Assembly (NCBI GenBank): GCA_028282585.1
Contig: JANQHR010000110.1
Coordinates: forward strand, 1 to 13,151
Direction: 5' to 3'
DNA: 13,151 bases
From: Bacteroidales bacterium
GTDB lineage: Bacteria > Bacteroidota > Bacteroidia > Bacteroidales > UBA12077
Positions 6,194 through 13,151 of the stretch are shown here, one piece after another. Position 1 is the stretch's first letter. The number at the start of each line of letters is the position of its first letter. The position numbers and the translations under genes were made by a program. The notes below the pieces were generated by a model. That model searched no databases, was not told the origin of the DNA, and worked only from the letters and a program-made list of their open reading frames with translations.

Positions 6194-7402
6194 ATGAGCA
6201 TAAAACCGGAAAATATCAGAATTGAGGATTATATCTATGATTTGCCAGAAGATCGAATTGCCAAATATCCTTTAGATCAAAGAGATTCATCTCAACTTTT
6301 AGTTTTTAACAAAGGAAAAATTAGTAGAGATCTTTTCTCAAATTTAGACAAGTATGCAGATTCTAATTCAACTTTTGTATTTAATAATACTAAGGTAATA
6401 CAGGCAAGGTTGAAGTTCTTTAAGGAAACTGGTTCCAAAATAGAGATATTTTGCCTGGAACCAATTGATCCTTCCGATTATGTTTTAGCTTTTCAGCAAA
6501 CTGAAAGAATAACCTGGAAATGTATAATTGGTAATTTAAAAAAGTGGAAAGACAAGAATTTAAAAAAGCTTATTACAATCGGGAATGATAAAATTGAGCT
6601 AAATGCATCAAAAAGAGCTCAAGACGGAAATGCACAAATTATAGAATTTACCTGGAATAACAATAAATTTACTTTTAGTGAAATCCTTGAAAATATTGGA
6701 GCAACTCCTATCCCTCCGTATTTAAACCGTGAATCGGAAAGTATTGATAAAGATAGGTATCAAACTGTTTATTCTAAACTCAAAGGATCCGTAGCTGCTC
6801 CAACAGCGGGTTTACATTTTACTAATAGCGTTTTTAATAAGTTAAGAGCTAAGAATATACATATTGAAGAAGTTACATTACATGTTGGTGCGGGAACCTT
6901 TAAACCTGTTAATTCAAAAACTATTGATGCACATGAAATGCACACAGAACATTTTGTTGTTAAAAAAAGTACCATTGAAAATTTATTAAAGTCTAAAAAA
7001 ATAGTCGCGGTTGGAACAACTTCTGTTAGGACAATTGAAAGCCTATACTGGATTGGAGTAAAACTTATTGAAAATAAAATTCTATATGCTCATATTACAC
7101 AATGGGAAGCTTATGAATTACCTGACCTAAACAGGCAGGAAGCTTTAAAGGCATTGTTAAATTATATGCATAAAAACGATATGGATGAAATTGATGCATC
7201 AACCCAAATAATGATTTTTCCGGGATATAAATATAAGTTAGTCGATGCGCTCATAACTAATTTTCATCAACCAAAAAGTACACTGCTTTTGCTTATTGCT
7301 GCTTTTATTGGTAATGATTGGAAAAAGGTTTATGATTTTGCATTAAACAAAGATTTTCGCTTTTTAAGTTATGGAGACAGCTCAATTTTAATTCCGAATT
7401 AA
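6194..7402 (+). CDS. queA: S-adenosylmethionine:tRNA ribosyltransferase-isomerase
   Basis: YDLPEDRIAKYP, VFNNTKVIQARL, PIPPYLNR, GSVAAPTAGLHF, TLHVGAGTFKPV, AVGTTSVRTIES, ITNFHQPKSTL, FRFLSYGDS. Confidence 0.98.
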   Translation: MSIKPENIRIEDYIYDLPEDRIAKYPLDQRDSSQLLVFNKGKISRDLFSNLDKYADSNSTFVFNNTKVIQARLKFFKETGSKIEIFCLEPIDPSDYVLAFQQTERITWKCIIGNLKKWKDKNLKKLITIGNDKIELNASKRAQDGNAQIIEFTWNNNKFTFSEILENIGATPIPPYLNRESESIDKDRYQTVYSKLKGSVAAPTAGLHFTNSVFNKLRAKNIHIEEVTLHVGAGTFKPVNSKTIDAHEMHTEHFVVKKSTIENLLKSKKIVAVGTTSVRTIESLYWIGVKLIENKILYAHITQWEAYELPDLNRQEALKALLNYMHKNDMDEIDASTQIMIFPGYKYKLVDALITNFHQPKSTLLLLIAAFIGNDWKKVYDFALNKDFRFLSYGDSSILIPN

Positions 7403-7580
7403 GCCATTATTCTATTTATAAGTTACTTACGAATATTGTCAATTTTAAATCTTTATTACATAATTCTCAAGTTACTTGTTGAATAAATATTAAAAATCCT
7501 GAAAAGTTTTTTTTGGAATCAATTCCGCTATAATTTTACACTTCATTTGCCCGTTTTCAGATAGTGTCATTGATTTAAGC

Positions 7581-7588
7581 TAACTTTG
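7581..7588 (+). promoter_or_regulatory. Candidate -7 box (TAACTTTG) for the YgiQ gene
   Basis: Exact TAnnTTTG ending 10 nt before the ATG at 7599, which implies a very short 5' UTR. Confidence 0.65.
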
Positions 7589-7598
7589 TAAAGTTTTA

Positions 7599-9470
7599 AT
7601 GAGAACTATTGATACATATAAAATTACCGACTGGTTACCTACAACCAAGAAAGAAGTTATATCAAGAGGTTGGGAAGACCTGGATGTTATTCTTTTTAGT
7701 GGAGATGCTTATGTAGATCACCCTTCATTTGGTCCTGCAGTTATAGGAAGGGCTCTGGAATCACTAGGCTTAAAAGTAGCTATTGTACCTCAGCCAAACT
7801 GGCAAGATGATTTACGAGATTTTAAGAAATTAGGAACACCTCGTTTATTTTTTGCAGTCACTTCCGGATGTATGGATTCCATGGTAAATCATTATACTGC
7901 CAATAAGCGGTTAAGGTCGAATGACGCTTACACACCGGGTGGTAAAGCCGGATTTCGTCCTGATTATGCTACCATAGTATATTCCAATATCTTAAAAAAA
8001 CTATTCCCTGAAATTCCTGTTATTATTGGTGGCGTAGAAGCATCGCTGCGCCGGCTAACGCATTATGATTACTGGTCGGATAAACTTAAGCCCGGAATCC
8101 TAGAAGAAAGTAAAGCTGATTTAATGGTTTATGGCATGGGTGAAAAAGCTTTAAACGAAATAGTTAGGCTTCTAGAAAAAGGAATTCCACTTTACGAAAT
8201 AAATAATATTCCTCAAACTGCTTTTATATCAGATCAACCGGAATTACAAAATATAAATGACTGGGAAAATTTTGAGTTATATACGCACGATGAGTGCTTA
8301 AAAGACAAAGTAAAGTATGCTAAGAACTTTAAAGTTATAGAAGAAGAATCAAACCGTTATCAAAGTAAAAAAAGATTAATTCAAAAAGTGGGCCGGCATT
8401 CTATCATCATTAATCCTCCATTTGAGCCACTTTCAGAACAAGAAATTGATTCTATTTATAATTTGCCATTTACAAGATTACCTCATCCTAAATATGCTAA
8501 AAAAGCCCCTATTCCTGCATATGAAATGATAAGACACTCAGTTACTTTGCACCGCGGATGTTTTGGTGCATGTTCGTTTTGCACTATTTCCGCGCATCAA
8601 GGAAAATTTATAAGTAGCAGGTCCGAGAAATCTATTTTAGACGAAGTTGATCAAGTTATCAGAATGCATGACTTTAAGGGCTATATTTCAGATTTAGGTG
8701 GCCCATCGGCTAATATGTATCGAATAAAAGGAATCGATTTGGAACAGTGTAAGAAATGCAAAAGGGCATCTTGTTTACATCCAAAAATGTGTAAAAATTT
8801 AAATACGAATCCTAAACCTTTAACTGAAATATACAAAAAAGTTGATAAAAAGGATGCTATCAAAAAATCATTTGTTGGCAGCGGAATCAGGTATGATTTA
8901 TTCATGAACAATCTCAATGACCCCGATTACCTTGATTATGCCAATGAATTAATTAAAAATCATGTTTCAGGAAGGTTAAAGGTAGCACCAGAACATACAT
9001 CCGGTAGTGTGGTTAAAATTATGCGAAAACCGGAATTCAATATGTTCCGGGAATTCAAAAGTCTTTTTGACCGAGTTAACAAAAAACACCATTTAAACCA
9101 ACAATTGATTCCCTATTTTATATCAAGTCACCCAGGTTGTAAAAATATCAATATGGCCGAGTTGGCCGTTGAAACCAAACTAATGGATTTTAAACTGGAA
9201 CAGGTGCAAGACTTTACTCCCACTCCTATGACACTTGCAACTGTTATGTATTATTCAGGAATCAACCCTTATACTATGGAAAAAGTTCCGGTTGCCAGAA
9301 CAAAAAACGAGAAGTTAGCACAAAAAAAATTTTTCTTCTGGTATAAAAAAGAATTTAAAAACGAAATTATCTCTGAATTAAAGAAATCGAACAGAGATGA
9401 TCTAATACAAAAACTTTTTGGAATCAGAACAATTAAAAAACATCATCAACGTAATAAAAGAAGAAGGTAA
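7599..9470 (+). CDS. ygiQ: YgiQ-family (UPF0313) radical SAM protein
   Basis: SGDAYVDHPSFG, MDSMVNHYTA, GGVEASLRR..HYDYWSD, radical SAM CxxxCxxC in HRGCFGACSFC, SDLGGPSANMY, second Cys cluster CKKCKRASC..PKMC, LKVAPEH, PYFISSHPGC, EQVQDFTPTP. Confidence 0.96.
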   Translation: MRTIDTYKITDWLPTTKKEVISRGWEDLDVILFSGDAYVDHPSFGPAVIGRALESLGLKVAIVPQPNWQDDLRDFKKLGTPRLFFAVTSGCMDSMVNHYTANKRLRSNDAYTPGGKAGFRPDYATIVYSNILKKLFPEIPVIIGGVEASLRRLTHYDYWSDKLKPGILEESKADLMVYGMGEKALNEIVRLLEKGIPLYEINNIPQTAFISDQPELQNINDWENFELYTHDECLKDKVKYAKNFKVIEEESNRYQSKKRLIQKVGRHSIIINPPFEPLSEQEIDSIYNLPFTRLPHPKYAKKAPIPAYEMIRHSVTLHRGCFGACSFCTISAHQGKFISSRSEKSILDEVDQVIRMHDFKGYISDLGGPSANMYRIKGIDLEQCKKCKRASCLHPKMCKNLNTNPKPLTEIYKKVDKKDAIKKSFVGSGIRYDLFMNNLNDPDYLDYANELIKNHVSGRLKVAPEHTSGSVVKIMRKPEFNMFREFKSLFDRVNKKHHLNQQLIPYFISSHPGCKNINMAELAVETKLMDFKLEQVQDFTPTPMTLATVMYYSGINPYTMEKVPVARTKNEKLAQKKFFFWYKKEFKNEIISELKKSNRDDLIQKLFGIRTIKKHHQRNKRRR

Positions 9471-9833
9471 ATTACATACGCCGCAAACTAACAACTAGCT
9501 AATTACAAGCCTTTCGCAAAAACAATATAAATATTTGATTACATTATTTTGCAATTATATTTTTACATGTGTTTTTTAATAATCTTGTTTTAATAGTTTG
9601 ATTCGTTGAAATACCCAATTTAAAACATTGAAATTCTTGTTCTAAAACGGACTATCATTTTTCTAAAAAAATCTAATTAACTGACAGTCTAACATTTATT
9701 AATCCTATTTTAAATTAACGTTAAAAAAAGTTAAAAAAATGTTCATAAGAATAATTTTAAAAACTTATAAGTTAGACATAAAAGATTTTACTTTATTTAT
9801 TAAAATCAAACCTAAAAAAATAATACTTAGCTT

Positions 9834-12800
9834 ATGAAAAAATTATCCATGATTCTTACATTAGTATTTGCTATATTTAGCTATACAAATGTATTTTCTC
9901 AAGGGGTTACAACTTCATCCATGACGGGTAAAGTTGTTAATGACAAAGGAGAACCGATTGATATTGCAAATATTGTTGCAATTCATGTACCAACCGGAAC
10001 TCAGTATGGAACCATAACAATGAAAGATGGTCGTTTCAATATCAGAAATATGAAAATTGGAGGACCATACAAAGTAGTTGCTAGTTTTGTCGGATATCAG
10101 GAGAGTACACAAGAAAATATTTATCTTGAACTGAATAAAACAGCAGAAGTTGATCTCGAGTTAGTTGAATCAGCTATAACACTGGAAGAAGTAGTTCTTT
10201 CATATGAACGAGACGATTTTATAAATCCCAACAAAACTGGTTCACAAACCAATGTAGACAGGGAGAAGATAGAAAAACTACCTTCGATCGCAAGAAGCCA
10301 GCAAGATTTTACCAGATTAACTCCCGAATCGGATGGAAATAGTTTTGGAGGGCGTAACAATCTATACAATAACTTCTCGTTAGACGGATCAATTTTCAAT
10401 AATTCATTTGGTTTAGATTATGCAACTCCCGGTGGACAAGCTGATGCTCAACCGGTATCCTTGGATGCGATTGATCAGATTCAGGTTTCTCTTGCGCCTT
10501 TTGATGTTCGTGAAGGAGGCTTTACCGGTGCAGGAGTTAACGCAGTTACAAAATCAGGTACTAACGAAATTTCAGGAACAGGTTATTATTTCTTCCGTAA
10601 TGAAAGCATGATCGGTGATAAAGTTGGTGATGTAACATCTGAAAATTTTGATTTCTCTGCAAAGCAATTTGGTGTAAGTATTGGTGGTCCGATTATTAAA
10701 GATAAGTTATTCTTCTTTATCAATGCAGAGGCTGAAAGAAGAGACCAATTAGCTCACGGTTTTATTGCTGATGACGGAACGAATACTGGACAATCAAATG
10801 TTACAAGTGTATTAGAATCAGACATACAAGCAGTTCAAGCCCATTTAAGAAATTACTGGAACTATGACCCGGGAGATTACCAAGGTTACAACCATGAAAC
10901 TTATAATGACAAGCTATTGGTTAAATTAGATTGGAACGTAGCAAAAAATCACTCATTAACAGTACGTTACAACATGCTGGATGCTTATAAAGACATCCTT
11001 CCTCACCCAGAAGCTGTTGGTGGCAGAGGGCCCACAAGTTTCAGATTACCATTTGAGAATTCTTCATACCGAATATTTAACCAAATCCACTCGGTAGTAG
11101 CAGAATTCAATTCTATTTTCTCAGATAGAATGTCTAATAACTTATTGGTAGGTTATACTGCCTTCAGAGATAAAAGAGACCCATTTTCTGAACCATTTCC
11201 TGTAGTTGATATACAAGACGCAAATGGAAATGTTGCCATTACATTTGGATCTGAAATGTTCTCCACTCATAATAGACTAAACCAGGATGTTTTCCAAATA
11301 AGAAATAACTTTACTTATTATATGGATAAACATACTATTACAGCAGGTTTTAACTATGAATTATTTAAATTCGAAAACTCATTTAATTTATTTTATTACC
11401 CATGGGCAACTGCGTTCTCTGTTAACGATTTCTTAAATAACAATTTTGTTTACTTTGTAGACAATACAGGCCTTAATACTGGTGATCTAAATCAAGATGT
11501 AGTTAATGCACAACAAACTGATTATTTATGGTCATACGTTGATGTGGCTCAATTGGCAGTTTATGTACAAGATGAATTTAGAGTTAATGATAAATTAAAT
11601 ATTACCGGTGGTTTGCGCATAGATGTACCTATGTATTTTAATGATATTGTAACTGATAAGAACAGAGCAGCAGTTGAAGAAGTTAGGAATTTCGATGGCT
11701 GGGTAGATGAGAACGGTGATCAAATAGACGTAGATCCTGGTGAATGGCCGGATAGCAAAATATTATGGTCACCTCGTTTAGGGTTTAATTATGATGTTAA
11801 AAACGATAATACTATACAAGTACGAGGTGGAACAGGTATTTTCAGCGGTAGAATACCATTTGTATGGCTAGGTAATCAATCTTCAAATTCAGGTATGTAT
11901 CCCGGATACTTTTTCCAGGTAAATGCAACTTCGGATGATTTTAGATGGCCACAAGTATGGAAAACTAATTTAGCAGTTGATGTTGTATTTGGGGAAGGTT
12001 GGAATGCTTCATTAGAAGGTATTTTTGGAAAAGATCTTAATGCAATCGTACACAGAAATTATAACATGGCTCCTCCTTCTGGTCAATTAACCGGAACAGG
12101 AGATAACAGAGCGATTTTTGCAGGTTTTAATGAACAAAATATATATTCTGCGGATGCGGATGCAATTGGTTTCCTTGATGCTGGTACAATTGTACTAGAT
12201 AATACGGATGAGGGTTATCAGTTCAGTTTAACTCCAAAATTAGGAAAGAAATTCGATTTTGGTTTAATCTTAGATGCAGCTTATACCTACATGGAGTCAA
12301 AGGATTACACTTCTATTCCTGCAGAAATTGCTGCTGATGCCTTCCAGAGGAACCCTGTAGTTGGAAATCCAAACGATCCTCAATTATCATGGTCCCGTTA
12401 TGGTTTGCAACACAGAATTATTGCCTCTGCATTATATAGAATTGAATATGGTAAATTTGCTACATCATTAGCCTTATTCTTTGAAGCTGGTAAAGGTAAC
12501 AGATACTCATATGTTTATTCGGGTGATTTGAACCAGGATGCGATTTCAAATAATGACTTACTCTATGTTCCTGAAAATTCATCGGATATAACTTTGGTAG
12601 ATTATGTTGATGCTGGTGGTAATACCGTAACTGCAGCTGAACAGTGGACTGCTCTTAACGCATTTATTGAGCAAGATGATTATTTAAGTGAAAGAAGAGG
12701 TAAATATGCTGAACGTAATGGCGCTATGCTACCTTGGTTTACTCAACTGGATATTCGCCTGGCGCAAGATTTCAATTTTGAGCTAATGGGCAAGGTTAAT

Positions 12801-13031
12801 AAGTTCCAGTTAACCTTTGACTTATTAAATGCAGGAAACTTAATTAATTCCGATTGGGGAGTTAGACAATTTGCCACAACTTTTACGCCAATAACTGTAA
12901 ACAGTGTAGATGCTGTTACAGGGGCGCATGATTTCAGATTTGATACGAATTTAACTGACTCTTATACTGATGATGTTTCGATCAACTCTAAATGGCAATT
13001 GCAAATTGGTTTAAGATATATCTTTAATTAG
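9834..13031 (+). CDS. TonB-dependent outer-membrane receptor, Oar-like, with an N-terminal carboxypeptidase-regulatory-like domain
   Basis: Signal peptide MKKLSMIL..VFS/Q; AIHVPTGTQYG..DGRFNI.NMKIGGPY; plug motifs NNFSLDG..FNNSFGL and APFDVREGGFTGAGVNAVTKSGTN; SPRLGFNYD, RGGTGIFSGRIPFVW; C-terminal beta-signal WQLQIGLRYIFN. Confidence 0.95.
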   Translation: MKKLSMILTLVFAIFSYTNVFSQGVTTSSMTGKVVNDKGEPIDIANIVAIHVPTGTQYGTITMKDGRFNIRNMKIGGPYKVVASFVGYQESTQENIYLELNKTAEVDLELVESAITLEEVVLSYERDDFINPNKTGSQTNVDREKIEKLPSIARSQQDFTRLTPESDGNSFGGRNNLYNNFSLDGSIFNNSFGLDYATPGGQADAQPVSLDAIDQIQVSLAPFDVREGGFTGAGVNAVTKSGTNEISGTGYYFFRNESMIGDKVGDVTSENFDFSAKQFGVSIGGPIIKDKLFFFINAEAERRDQLAHGFIADDGTNTGQSNVTSVLESDIQAVQAHLRNYWNYDPGDYQGYNHETYNDKLLVKLDWNVAKNHSLTVRYNMLDAYKDILPHPEAVGGRGPTSFRLPFENSSYRIFNQIHSVVAEFNSIFSDRMSNNLLVGYTAFRDKRDPFSEPFPVVDIQDANGNVAITFGSEMFSTHNRLNQDVFQIRNNFTYYMDKHTITAGFNYELFKFENSFNLFYYPWATAFSVNDFLNNNFVYFVDNTGLNTGDLNQDVVNAQQTDYLWSYVDVAQLAVYVQDEFRVNDKLNITGGLRIDVPMYFNDIVTDKNRAAVEEVRNFDGWVDENGDQIDVDPGEWPDSKILWSPRLGFNYDVKNDNTIQVRGGTGIFSGRIPFVWLGNQSSNSGMYPGYFFQVNATSDDFRWPQVWKTNLAVDVVFGEGWNASLEGIFGKDLNAIVHRNYNMAPPSGQLTGTGDNRAIFAGFNEQNIYSADADAIGFLDAGTIVLDNTDEGYQFSLTPKLGKKFDFGLILDAAYTYMESKDYTSIPAEIAADAFQRNPVVGNPNDPQLSWSRYGLQHRIIASALYRIEYGKFATSLALFFEAGKGNRYSYVYSGDLNQDAISNNDLLYVPENSSDITLVDYVDAGGNTVTAAEQWTALNAFIEQDDYLSERRGKYAERNGAMLPWFTQLDIRLAQDFNFELMGKVNKFQLTFDLLNAGNLINSDWGVRQFATTFTPITVNSVDAVTGAHDFRFDTNLTDSYTDDVSINSKWQLQIGLRYIFN

Positions 13032-13056
13032 CAATTATGAACTAATTTAGCAAAAT

Positions 13057-13090
13057 AAAAGAGGCTGTCCAAAAAGGCAGTCTCTTTTTT
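13057..13090 (+). terminator. Rho-independent terminator of the TonB receptor gene, possibly bidirectional
   Basis: Stem GAGGCTGTC (13061-13069) / GGCAGTCTC (13076-13084) with two G-U pairs and a 6-nt loop. Followed by TTTTTT and preceded by AAAA; 25 nt after the stop. Confidence 0.85.
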
Positions 13091-13102
13091 ATGCCGCTTT
13101 TT

Positions 13103-13110
13103 TATATTTG
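13103..13110 (+). promoter_or_regulatory. Candidate -7 box (TATATTTG) for a gene beyond the right edge
   Basis: Exact TAnnTTTG just after the terminator. The downstream gene is not visible. Confidence 0.4.
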
Positions 13111-13151
13111 GTTTCAAATAAGTTTTGGTTATTGTCTTTTTGATAAAAAAA

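Noticed and set aside
6769-6975. 68-aa minus-strand ORF containing CxxCxxC (CSVCISC)
   Set aside because: It is a shadow frame antisense to the conserved core of queA; the Cys codons mirror queA codons.
8681-8917. 78-aa minus-strand ORF
   Set aside because: Antisense shadow inside ygiQ, with no independent support.
9915-10399. Minus-strand ORFs 9915-10112 and 10121-10399
   Set aside because: Antisense shadows inside the TonB receptor gene.
10420-10611. 63-aa + strand ORF in an alternative frame
   Set aside because: Nested in the conserved plug region of the receptor. The main frame is intact and there is no frameshift signal.
9834-13031. susC / polysaccharide utilisation locus
   Set aside because: It lacks SusC-type plug motifs and a following susD, and a terminator comes directly after it.
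1-13151. CRISPR array, IS/integrase/prophage, tRNA/rRNA, known riboswitch, Sec/Pyl recoding
   Set aside because: By eye I found no regularly spaced repeats, recombinase or transposase ORFs, cloverleafs, known aptamer consensus or interrupted frames. A cmscan/tRNAscan run would be needed to exclude them formally.

Overview
AT-rich chromosomal window that looks like Bacteroidota, probably Bacteroidales. This is inferred from TAnnTTTG promoter boxes, AT-rich start contexts without clear Shine-Dalgarno sites, the long QueA form, a DUF2027-Smr gene and an Oar-type TonB receptor. Gene order: 5' end of a probable TRM11-like methyltransferase (-, cut by the window edge and missing from the ORF track); slyD (-); EFR1-type flavodoxin/2x[4Fe-4S] protein with a hydrophobic C-terminal extension (+); 7-Cys two-CW protein (+); RNase P RNA rnpB (-, 2341-2686, type A, no P18, hidden under a spurious 83-aa ORF); ArnT/PMT-like GT-C glycosyltransferase (+) tail-to-tail with a GtrA-family protein (-); DUF2027-Smr (-); queA (+); YgiQ radical SAM (+); stand-alone TonB-dependent receptor (+) with a terminator. 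I saw no mobile element or CRISPR array. The best candidate for something undescribed is a ~150-nt leader upstream of the GtrA gene. It can be drawn as a three-way junction whose closing strand has two mutually exclusive partners, one lying right next to the start codon. All structures were paired by eye; no searches were run.
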